32,000 nucleotides of DNA from an uncultured Clostridium sp. (GTDB lineage: Bacteria; Bacillota; Clostridia; TANB77; CAG-508), in assembly GCA_948473335.1 (NCBI GenBank), contig CAOKXF010000003.1, forward strand, positions 46,631 through 78,630, read 5' to 3'. Within the stretch, counting starts at the first letter, position 1. Every line of letters begins with the position of its first letter. The position numbers and the translations under genes were made by a program. Below, one piece after another: positions 20,410 through 28,165 of this stretch. Below the pieces are notes generated by a model that was given only the letters and a program-made list of their open reading frames with translations, searched no databases and was not told the DNA's origin.

Positions 20410-21276
20410 TCACCTCCTTATTCCCACAGAGTGTGAAATATTTGTGGAAATTCCACCTATAAATTCACGTACAAATGAATTTGCTTTTATTAAGGCATAA
20501 ATTGCTCCTATATATAGAAATTTTACTAGTAAATTTCCTGATGAATAATCCATTGAAAATATGACTAATAAAACTAGTGATACTACTATTTGAATAAAAA
20601 GTAATGAAAATAGATTTTTAATCCAGGATTTAAAAAACCAAGAAGTAGAAGAAATTGATAATGATAATATTGCAAAAGGGGTTATTAATACAAATATTTT
20701 TATCATTATATATCTAAATGAATAAGAGAATATTAATGATAGTAAAGAAATAGAGAGTGTTGATTTTATTATTCCATCTAGTGAAAAAATATTTAATGAA
20801 GTAGAGTCAATTGATATTGTTGAATTTATTGTATTTATTAGTGTTGAAAAACAAATTTGAGTATTAAATAGAGTTTCTCCTAAATTTCTTATAGATAGTG
20901 TTATTGTAGAAAATAAAGATAAAAATTGTTCTAGTATGAAATATGAAAAGTTCATACATGTTCCACATATAACTAATTTAAAGATAAATTGATATGGAGA
21001 TTCTATTTGTAAAGAATTTAAATGTGACATTAAATATTTTATTGAATAATATAGTAAAAAACCTAATAAAAAAGAATTAGATATTAATAATATTCCATCT
21101 GATAATGATGTTCCTAATATTTTTTCGAAATATTTATCTATCAATATGTCTTCACTTATAAATGTTATATCATCTAATACGCCATATAGATTATTGTCTA
21201 TTGAAGAAAAAAGATTTTGAAGTATAGTATTTATTGTATTCATAATTGTATCTGTTATATTTGCTGTTTCTTCCAA
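20410..21276 (-). CDS. VirB6/TrbL-like polytopic membrane protein
   Basis: 288 aa. TTG start after GGAGG. Soluble N-terminal helix followed by at least five hydrophobic helices. Its size and position match CD1112-type VirB6 proteins. Confidence 0.6.
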   Translation of the reverse strand: MEETANITDTIMNTINTILQNLFSSIDNNLYGVLDDITFISEDILIDKYFEKILGTSLSDGILLISNSFLLGFLLYYSIKYLMSHLNSLQIESPYQFIFKLVICGTCMNFSYFILEQFLSLFSTITLSIRNLGETLFNTQICFSTLINTINSTISIDSTSLNIFSLDGIIKSTLSISLLSLIFSYSFRYIMIKIFVLITPFAILSLSISSTSWFFKSWIKNLFSLLFIQIVVSLVLLVIFSMDYSSGNLLVKFLYIGAIYALIKANSFVREFIGGISTNISHSVGIRR

Positions 21277-21285
21277 AAGACCTCC

Positions 21286-21615
21286 TTATGATATTAATGA
21301 TTTTATGGCAGATAAAATTAAATCGGTTGCTAATATAAAGCCATAGGAAAATAAAGAACCTCTTATAATCTTTTTTCCTGTTTTTATTTTTTCTTCATCA
21401 CCAAAACTGAATTTTTTAATAAATATTCCTGAACCTATAGCTACTGCAGCAGCTGGAGTAGCTAAGTTTATTAGCCATCCAGAGATATTTTCAAAAGCAT
21501 TGTTAATCTTTGATATTAATTTTGGGGTAGATGCTTGTACAGATGGTGTTAGAAAAAGTATAAAGAAAATAGAAATTATTACCAATTGTATAAGAATATA
21601 TTTCTTATTTGTCAT
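21286..21615 (-). CDS. VirB2/TrbC- or Maff2-like small secreted membrane protein (pilin-like)
   Basis: 109 aa. Signal peptide ending VQA/S, then two hydrophobic helices split by the charged loop KKFSFGDEEKIKTGKK. The start overlaps the upstream ATPase gene by 11 nt. Confidence 0.5.
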   Translation of the reverse strand: MTNKKYILIQLVIISIFFILFLTPSVQASTPKLISKINNAFENISGWLINLATPAAAVAIGSGIFIKKFSFGDEEKIKTGKKIIRGSLFSYGFILATDLILSAIKSLIS

Positions 21616-23326
21616 TATTTTCTCCTTTCGTTTTTAAAAAATATGGAAACATTTGTAATTTGCAAGGTTTTAAGATTTTTGTTCCATCTGATAAAAATGC
21701 AAGGCTGTGAAAGGTTTCTAGTTTTTGTGTAAAATAGTTTGTGTCATATACGAAATCATTTTGTGTGTATGTATTATAGCTTTCAGATACATTAGAATCT
21801 TGAGAGTTAAATGTGTTTGTTATATAGCTAAACTTTGTTGTTTTTGCACTTTCTGAAATAGTTTGTGAGGTCTTCTCTTTTTCTTCTTTCCCTAGCTGTT
21901 TTTGTGCTTCTTCTATTGTGAAAGTGTCATCGGTTCTAAACCATATTTTGTTTATTAAGTTTTGAATTATAACTTTTGTAGATGTGTCATCATGTAATGT
22001 GTTTTTTAGAGATGAATAACTTTGTGTGCTTACTATATTTATACATTTAGCTTCTCTACTTAGTGAAAAAAATTGACTATCTGATTTTGTGATATATTCA
22101 GAATATTCGTCACAAATGAAAGCAGTTTTCTTCTTTATGTTTTTTGAAAGAGTAGAAAGTATTTCAGTTTGAAAATCTAGTTTTAGATATGCTGCAATTA
22201 TTTTTGATAGATTCTTGTATTCTGAGATGTTCATATTTAATATTACTATTTTACCATTTAGTATTGTGTCCTCAAATCCTGTAAAAGTAAGTTCATTTTC
22301 TTGCGGACAGAAGGTTTTGGCGATATCATAATCTGAAACAAATATATTTGTTATCCTAGTAATTTCTGATTTTAGAATAGATAAAGTTCTTTGATCTAAA
22401 GAAAATAATTCTTTTTGAAAAAATTCTAACGAAGAGTTTAAATTATATATTTCTTGTACAGATAATTTTGCCTGAATAAATAGATTTCTTAAAGTTTCTA
22501 TTTTTTCTTTATAGTAATCAGGTAGTGTTATTAATTTGTGTATTTCCGTAAAATTTACATAGCCATTATTGTATAATCTACATATTTTAATGCATTCTGC
22601 TAATGTTTGTTCAGCTTTATCTAACCAATAAGATTCTTGATTATTTTCTGAAAATAATTCTAATATAGTTCTAAGCCTATTTGCTAAGACTTGAGGCCTT
22701 AAATGGGGTTTGTGTAAAGGGTTATAACGTATATCAGAATTTAATTCTATTATTATTAAATCATCTTCTAGGTTGTTGTTTTTTACATATTTTTTTACTT
22801 GCTCATAATAATTTCCTTTTACATCTAATATTAGCATTCCTATTTTATCATTTTGATTATTCTTGTTGTATTTGATTAACTGTTCTGTAAATGGATACAT
22901 GGCAGAACTGGTTTTACCTGATCCTATTGTACCAGTAATTAAAAAATTTTGATATAATCCTAATTCAGAAATATATATTGTTTTATTATTAGTAATATCT
23001 TCTCCTATTAGTAAATTTAATTTTGTTTGAGGTTTGTTATTATCATTATCTTGGATATTAATATGCTTATTTGCTAATTTAAAAAGATTATTATAAATGA
23101 AATTAGCTAGTACAATATTAGAAAATATAAAAGTAATTATAAAACTTATTTTTATATAGTTCCAAAGTTGAGGATTTGTATCACATATATTGAATGGATG
23201 TATTCCATATGTTATTATTATCTGGTCTGCTTTAAAAATAGGTAAAAATGTAATTATCCCTAATAAAAAACATATTATTAGAAATACTAATATAAAAGTG
23301 AACCTATTTAAATGATTTTTTATTAT
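21605..23326 (-). CDS. type IV coupling protein-like ATPase (VirD4/TraG/TraD family), apparent ATA start
   Basis: The track ORF starts at M 22900, but the frame is open up to 23326. That upstream stretch encodes two N-terminal TM helices and the Walker A GTIGSGKTSSA, which sits immediately before that M. No ATG/GTG/TTG is in frame upstream. AAGGAGG precedes ATA 23326 by 5 nt. LILDVKGNYY; Walker B AFICDEYSEY. Confidence 0.8.
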   Translation of the reverse strand: MIKNHLNRFTFILVFLIICFLLGIITFLPIFKADQIIITYGIHPFNICDTNPQLWNYIKISFIITFIFSNIVLANFIYNNLFKLANKHINIQDNDNNKPQTKLNLLIGEDITNNKTIYISELGLYQNFLITGTIGSGKTSSAMYPFTEQLIKYNKNNQNDKIGMLILDVKGNYYEQVKKYVKNNNLEDDLIIIELNSDIRYNPLHKPHLRPQVLANRLRTILELFSENNQESYWLDKAEQTLAECIKICRLYNNGYVNFTEIHKLITLPDYYKEKIETLRNLFIQAKLSVQEIYNLNSSLEFFQKELFSLDQRTLSILKSEITRITNIFVSDYDIAKTFCPQENELTFTGFEDTILNGKIVILNMNISEYKNLSKIIAAYLKLDFQTEILSTLSKNIKKKTAFICDEYSEYITKSDSQFFSLSREAKCINIVSTQSYSSLKNTLHDDTSTKVIIQNLINKIWFRTDDTFTIEEAQKQLGKEEKEKTSQTISESAKTTKFSYITNTFNSQDSNVSESYNTYTQNDFVYDTNYFTQKLETFHSLAFLSDGTKILKPCKLQMFPYFLKTKGENNDK

Positions 23327-23564
23327 GAGAACCTCCTTATCTTTAATTTTAATTTTGCACCTTGTTGGTTATGGAAAATTTTTATTTCAAAAAATGTATA
23401 TATTGAATATAAAGTTATTAAAATATTAATAAAATAGATTATAAAAAAAATGTTGATTAATTTTAAAATGTGATTTCACCGCCTTGCAGTTTGGATAATA
23501 TAATATTTTTTTTCATTTGTCTATACTTTTTATAAAAAATATGATAAAATATATAAAAACTTTA

Positions 23565-23579
23565 CGACAAAATTCGACA
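23565..23579 (-). promoter_or_regulatory. direct repeat TGTCGA-ATTT-TGTCG (second copy of the candidate operator)
   Basis: The minus strand reads ATGTCGAATTTTGTCGT. It has the same half-site, 10-bp period and orientation relative to the T4SS genes as 10576-10591. It also overlaps the likely promoter of the divergent DUF1858 gene. Confidence 0.5.
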
Positions 23580-23610
23580 TTTATAATTATAATAGAAAGG
23601 GGATGAGTTT

Positions 23611-23796
23611 ATGAAATTTAATAAAGATACACAAATTGGTGAACTTTTAGAAGTTGCTCCAGAAAAAGCAGAAATATTATTAGAAGCAGGAATGCATTGT
23701 TTAGGTTGTCCTGCATCACAAATGGAGACATTAGAAGAAGCATGTGAAGTTCATGGAATAGATGTAAATGAATTATTAGAAAAATTAAATGCATAA
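23611..23796 (+). CDS. DUF1858-type small redox-disulfide protein (hybrid-cluster-protein-associated family)
   Basis: 61 aa; IGELLEVAPEKAEILLEAGMHCLGCPASQMETLEEAC is the characteristic CxxC-containing domain. Confidence 0.7.
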   Translation: MKFNKDTQIGELLEVAPEKAEILLEAGMHCLGCPASQMETLEEACEVHGIDVNELLEKLNA

Positions 23797-23866
23797 TGTA
23801 ATTGTAATAGGTAATAGTAAATAATATACAGAAAGTTACAAAATAGTAAAATTTTAAAAAAATCTA

Positions 23867-23895
23867 TTGACAATATAAAAAAAATGTAGTAATAT
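23867..23895 (+). promoter_or_regulatory. promoter of the tRNA cluster
   Basis: TTGACA (23867-23872), 17 bp, TAATAT (23890-23895). Confidence 0.65.
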
Positions 23896-23931
23896 ATAAG
23901 GGCGTTGTGTAGTTAACAAACGCAAGGTGAT

Positions 23932-24007
23932 GGGCTATTAGCTCAGGTGGTAGAGCACTTGACTTTTAATCAAGTTGTCCCGCGTTCGAGTCGCGGATAG
24001 CTCACCA
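23932..24007 (+). tRNA. tRNA-Lys (anticodon UUU)
   Basis: Manual cloverleaf: acceptor GGGCTAT/ATAGCTC, anticodon loop CTTTTAA, T-loop TTCGAGT, encoded CCA. Confidence 0.93.
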
Positions 24008-24044
24008 AAATGAATATTGAGTGCTCAATATTCACTTATATTAT

Positions 24045-24119
24045 GGCCCCTTGGTCAAGCGGTTAAGACATCGCCCTTTCACGGCGGAGACATGGGTTCG
24101 ATTCCCGTAGGGGTCACCA
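24045..24119 (+). tRNA. tRNA-Glu (anticodon UUC)
   Basis: Acceptor GGCCCCT/AGGGGTC, anticodon loop CTTTCAC, T-loop TTCGATT, encoded CCA. Confidence 0.93.
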
Positions 24120-24171
24120 AAACGTTCAAAAAACGAACTTTACGTTTTTTAAGCAGTTCAGTTCACCATAT

Positions 24172-24247
<76 letters not shown>

Positions 24248-24376
24248 AATAAAGCCAATAGTTTTGAGATAGCTCTTAATTATTGTCTTTTTTTATTGTA
24301 TAGGAAAATAGAAGATTTTTACGTATACAACAAATATAGGTTTCTTATATTTTTAAAATAAAAAGGAGGGATAAAT

Positions 24377-25108
24377 TTGAATAAAGTTGTCATAGTAACA
24401 GGAGCTTCAAGAGGAATTGGAAGAGATATAGTAAAACAATTAGCTAGAGAAGGAAACATAGTAATAGCAAATTATAATAAATCTGAAAATGAAGCTATTA
24501 AACTAAAAGAAGAATTACGAAATGAAAGCATTAATATAGAAATATATAAAGCAGATGTATCAAAGCGTATAGAAGTAAAAGAAATGGTTAAATTTGTCAT
24601 AGATAGATTTAAAAAAATAGATGTATTAATAAATAATGCAGGAATATCAGAGTTTAAAGTGTTTACTGAGGAAACTGATGAAGATTGGAATAGAATAATA
24701 AATACAAATTTATATTCAGTTTTTTGTACTACTCAAGAAGTTCTGGAAAATATGATACATAACAAAAAAGGATGTATAATAAATATTTCTTCAATATGGG
24801 GAATAGTAGGAGCATCTTGTGAAACTATTTATTCCGTATCAAAAGCGGGGATAGATGCTCTAACAAAGTCACTTGCTAAGGAAATGGGTCCTAGCAATAT
24901 TAGGATAAATTCTATTGCACCAGGTATTATTGATACAAATATGAATGAAAGACTTACGGAAAATGAACTTTGCAATATCAAAGAAGAAATTCCATTAGGG
25001 AAAATAGGAAAAACAATTGATATTGTTAGATGTATAGAATGGTTAATTAAAGATGAATTTACTACAGGTCAAGTTATTTCTATAGATGGTGGATGGATAA
25101 TTACATAA
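24377..25108 (+). CDS. short-chain dehydrogenase/reductase, FabG-like 3-oxoacyl-ACP reductase family
   Basis: 243 aa. TTG start 6 nt after AAAGGAGGG. TGASRGIG, NNAG and the YSVSKAG catalytic motif. Confidence 0.85.
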   Translation: MNKVVIVTGASRGIGRDIVKQLAREGNIVIANYNKSENEAIKLKEELRNESINIEIYKADVSKRIEVKEMVKFVIDRFKKIDVLINNAGISEFKVFTEETDEDWNRIINTNLYSVFCTTQEVLENMIHNKKGCIINISSIWGIVGASCETIYSVSKAGIDALTKSLAKEMGPSNIRINSIAPGIIDTNMNERLTENELCNIKEEIPLGKIGKTIDIVRCIEWLIKDEFTTGQVISIDGGWIIT

Positions 25109-25112
25109 AATA

Positions 25113-25137
25113 AAAAACCTTATTTAATAAGGTTTTT
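25113..25137. terminator. bidirectional terminator between convergent genes
   Basis: AAAAACCTTA-TTTAA-TAAGGTTTTT. Confidence 0.7.
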
Positions 25138-25600
25138 ATTCTGATACTTTTTTTCTATAATTTCCAGATATTATTTTTGGCAAATAAGTTATAATCTTAT
25201 ATACTGCTAATCTGATTTTCTTATTCCACATATATGATTTCCTTAATTTACGAGCATTTCCTATAGAAATAGATTTATCATTTAAAACTAATAGCTCTGT
25301 AGGTGCTTTTTCAATATAAAATATATAGTTTTGTCCATTATTATTATCCCATTTATTTTCTCCATTTTTAAAGCAGAAATTAAATGTTCCTACTCCTAAT
25401 AAATTGATTTCACATTGATATCCTAGTTCTGTTTTTTCCATTTTTGTTTCAGTAACATTATCCCAATTAAGTCCAAATCCATAATGGATATAAACTTCTT
25501 CAGACCCATCTTGGAAAAGTTCACCTGTGTAAGATAATTTAACTACACTATTTTCAATTAATTTATCAGTATTAAAAAATATATTCTTGATTAGTTCCAT
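25136..25600 (-). CDS. hypothetical protein; N-terminal beta-rich domain resembling a starch/carbohydrate-binding module, with a basic C-terminal tail
   Basis: 154 aa; VYIHYGFGLNWDNV ... FCFKNGENKWDNNNGQNY resembles CBM25/53-type motifs. Resemblance only. Confidence 0.4.
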   Translation of the reverse strand: MELIKNIFFNTDKLIENSVVKLSYTGELFQDGSEEVYIHYGFGLNWDNVTETKMEKTELGYQCEINLLGVGTFNFCFKNGENKWDNNNGQNYIFYIEKAPTELLVLNDKSISIGNARKLRKSYMWNKKIRLAVYKIITYLPKIISGNYRKKVSE

Positions 25601-25690
25601 TTTTAAAACTCCTTATTTATCTTTTGCTGGATACATTATAATATTAATTTCTACAATATTCAAGTATTTTTTGAAAAATTTTTTAAAATT

Positions 25691-25894
25691 TTAGCTTTTT
25701 TTGCGTTCGATTAAATCTGATAATTCGCATTCAAATATGTCGCATAAAACATCTAACTCTTTTACATTTATACTTATTACTTTGTTGAAATAGTATGCAT
25801 TTATCCTTTTATAATTCCACTTTGTTAGTTGTTGCAGTCTATATCTTGAAATATTTTGTTTTTCCATTAATTCTTTTACTTTTAATTTAATCAT
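25691..25894 (-). CDS. small XRE/Cro-type helix-turn-helix regulator
   Basis: 67 aa; KELMEKQNISRYRLQQLTKWNYKRINAYY...LDVLCDIFECELSDLIE. Confidence 0.75.
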   Translation of the reverse strand: MIKLKVKELMEKQNISRYRLQQLTKWNYKRINAYYFNKVISINVKELDVLCDIFECELSDLIERKKS

Positions 25895-26034
25895 AATAAC
25901 ACCTCAATTAGTATTATATTTTAAAATATCAAATTTATGTAGTACAATATTATATAGTAGTATATAATATACAGTAAAAAATAAAAGTTGAGAATTATTA
26001 TATAGGCAAGTAATAAATCAAATTAAAAAATAAA

Positions 26035-26070
26035 TTTAGGTAGAAATGAATTAATCAATTTCTACCTAAA
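26035..26070 (-). terminator. terminator of tRNA-Lys(CUU)
   Basis: Perfect 13-bp stem TTTAGGTAGAAAT / ATTTCTACCTAAA with a 10-nt loop, followed on the minus strand by a T-rich run. Confidence 0.75.
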
Positions 26071-26073
26071 CTA

Positions 26074-26149
26074 TGGTGACTCATCTCAGCTTCGAACTGA
26101 GGACCTCCAGATTAAGAGTCTGTTGCTCTACCAACTGAGCTAATGAGCC
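26074..26149 (-). tRNA. tRNA-Lys (anticodon CUU)
   Basis: The reverse complement folds with acceptor GGCTCAT/ATGAGTC, anticodon loop CTCTTAA, T-loop TTCGAAG and encoded CCA. Confidence 0.9.
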
Positions 26150-26293
26150 ATATCGTTTGATATTATAATACTTTTTTACTTGATTTGTCAATACTATTAA
26201 TTAAAATATCAGAAAAGAAAAATATGAAGACATTAATGAATAATTATGTTATAATTAAAATATAAATATAGTTTTTAGAAAGGAGCAGAAAAC

Positions 26294-26596
26294 ATGGCAA
26301 CAACAAAAGAATATAGAGATTTTATATTAGAACAGTTAGATTTATTAGAAGATATAACTTGTAGAGCAATGATGAGAGAATATCTATTATATTATAATAA
26401 AATTTTATTTGGAGGAATATATGATAATATGCTATTGATAAAGATTGTTAATAGTAATAAAAAGTATAATATGAAAGAACAAATACCATATAAAGGTGCG
26501 AAACCAATGTATTTAGTAGATGATATAGATGATAAAGAAAAAATAAAAAATATTATTATAGAAACTTGTAAAGAATTGCCAAAAAAGAATAAATAA
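26294..26596 (+). CDS. TfoX/Sxy N-terminal-domain protein
   Basis: 100 aa; YRDFILEQLDLLEDITCRAMMREYLLYYNKILFGGIYDNMLLIK fits the TfoX_N pattern (...MFGgygly.dg..fa.i.dd.lylK). Confidence 0.65.
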   Translation: MATTKEYRDFILEQLDLLEDITCRAMMREYLLYYNKILFGGIYDNMLLIKIVNSNKKYNMKEQIPYKGAKPMYLVDDIDDKEKIKNIIIETCKELPKKNK

Positions 26597-26690
26597 AAAT
26601 ATATAAAAAAGAAGATATTAATGGTTATATAACCAATAGTCAAATAACATACTATGCATATATAATTTATATAAATTATGGAGGAAAAGT

Positions 26691-26933
26691 ATGTTTAAAG
26701 TTGAAATAGAAAATGGATATTATTTATTTAAATTAAAAAAATTATTAAATGACAGAAATATAAGCATAAATAAATTAATGAAAGATACTAATACAGATTA
26801 TAAAGTATTAAAGAGGTTATTAACAGGAGAAATAGTAAGATTTGATATATTTGTTATGGCAAGACTATGTGATTATTTAAATTGTAGAATAACAGACATA
26901 GTAGAATATTTTCCAAATAATAAGAAAAATTAA
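26691..26933 (+). CDS. small XRE-type helix-turn-helix regulator (paralogue-like to 25691-25894)
   Basis: 80 aa; LKKLLNDRNISINKLMKDTNTDYKVLKRLL...MARLCDYLNCRITDIVEY. Confidence 0.7.
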   Translation: MFKVEIENGYYLFKLKKLLNDRNISINKLMKDTNTDYKVLKRLLTGEIVRFDIFVMARLCDYLNCRITDIVEYFPNNKKN

Positions 26934-26962
26934 AATATAGTTTTTTAGCTATATTTTAATTT
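26931..26962 (+). terminator. hairpin plus T-run after the XRE gene
   Basis: TAAAATATAG-TTTTTTAG-CTATATTTTA followed by ATTTTG. Confidence 0.5.
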
Positions 26963-26997
26963 TGCGCAAAAAAAGTGCAAGTAAACATAATTAGTTA

Positions 26998-27026
26998 TTG
27001 AATAGTATAAAAAAATGTGTTATAAT
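26998..27026 (+). promoter_or_regulatory. corA promoter (extended -10)
   Basis: TTGAAT, 17 bp (ending TGT), TATAAT. Confidence 0.6.
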
Positions 27027-27104
27027 TAAATTTATGGAAAAGAAAAAATTGTTGAATATGTAAAATTATACAACAATATAAATAATAAAAAGGGGCGTGA
27101 AAAC

Positions 27105-28067
27105 ATGTTAAAGATTTATAATACAGATGTATCAAATGGAAAATTAAAAGAATTAAAAAAATTAGAAGAAGCAGAAAAAGGAGCCTGGATTAATTTAACA
27201 TCGCCCACTGAAAGTGAAATAAAAAAAGTATGTGAAAAATTAAAAATACAAGAAGATTTTATAAGATATGCATTAGATAGCGAAGAAAAAGCAAGAATAG
27301 ATCAAGAGGAAGATGATGGAACAATATTATTTATCATTGACATTCCAGTAGAAGAAAAAACAGATGAAAATGTTTTATACACAACTATGCCAGTAGGAGT
27401 AATAATAGTTAGAGATGAATATATGTTAACAGTATCATTGAATAAAAATAGAATAATTGAAACATTTGAAAATGGAAAAATAAAAACATTTGCTACATAT
27501 AAAAAAAGTAGATTTATTTTTCAAATATTGTATCAAATATCACTTAATTATTTGGAATGCTTAAGGAAGATAAGTAAAGAAACAGAAATTGCAGAAAATG
27601 ATTTACAGAGAACAATGAAAAATAGAGAGCTATTTAAAATGTTGGGATTAGAAAAAACACTTGTATATTTTACAACATCTTTAAAATCTAATGAAATAAT
27701 AATGGAGAGAACAGCAAAAGGAAAAATAATAAAATTATATGAAGAAGATGAAGATATTCTAGATGATGCGATAATTGAAAATAGGCAAGCAATAGAAATG
27801 AGTAGGATATATAGCGATATTTTAAATACAACAATGGATGCATGTGCATCAATAATTTCAAATAATCTAAATGGAGTAATGAAATTTTTAACATCAATTA
27901 CAATTGTATTAGCGATACCAACAATGATTTCTAGTTTTTGGGGAATGAATGTTAATTTGCCTTTTCAAAATTCTGCATTTGGATTTGCTATAATGTTAGG
28001 GATTTCTATAGTTATAACTTTATTAGTAACATATTGGCTATATAAAAAAGATATGTTAAATAAATGA
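27105..28067 (+). CDS. corA: CorA-family magnesium/cobalt transporter
   Basis: 320 aa; cytoplasmic domain plus two C-terminal TM helices with the FWGMNVNLPF (GMN) signature. Confidence 0.92.
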   Translation: MLKIYNTDVSNGKLKELKKLEEAEKGAWINLTSPTESEIKKVCEKLKIQEDFIRYALDSEEKARIDQEEDDGTILFIIDIPVEEKTDENVLYTTMPVGVIIVRDEYMLTVSLNKNRIIETFENGKIKTFATYKKSRFIFQILYQISLNYLECLRKISKETEIAENDLQRTMKNRELFKMLGLEKTLVYFTTSLKSNEIIMERTAKGKIIKLYEEDEDILDDAIIENRQAIEMSRIYSDILNTTMDACASIISNNLNGVMKFLTSITIVLAIPTMISSFWGMNVNLPFQNSAFGFAIMLGISIVITLLVTYWLYKKDMLNK

Positions 28068-28107
28068 GAGAATGATTTAATAAAATATTTTAGTAGAATA
28101 GAAATAT

Positions 28108-28164
28108 AAAGAAATGAGTTAATATATTTACAAACTAATCATAAATATATTAACTCATTTCTTT
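28108..28164. terminator. strong bidirectional terminator (23-bp perfect stem)
   Basis: AAAGAAATGAGTTAATATATTTA - 11-nt loop - TAAATATATTAACTCATTTCTTT, between convergent corA and the CapA-family gene. Confidence 0.8.
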
Positions 28165-28165
28165 T

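Noticed and set aside
20386-20451. Two TGTGGAAAT DNA boxes (20386-20394 and 20443-20451), identical to the oriC box at 5552, flanking the VirB6/VirB3 junction.
   Set aside because: They are two-mismatch boxes lying in coding sequence. At this mismatch level and composition, occurrences are expected by chance. They are noted only as possible targets if DnaA ChIP is done.
24008-24044. The palindrome GAATATTGAG-TG-CTCAATATTC in the tRNA-Lys/tRNA-Glu spacer, and the AAAAAACG...CGTTTTTT hairpin after tRNA-Glu, as possible novel elements.
   Set aside because: They are most simply spacer hairpins that guide RNase processing of the polycistronic tRNA precursor. Nothing distinguishes them from ordinary tRNA-operon spacers.
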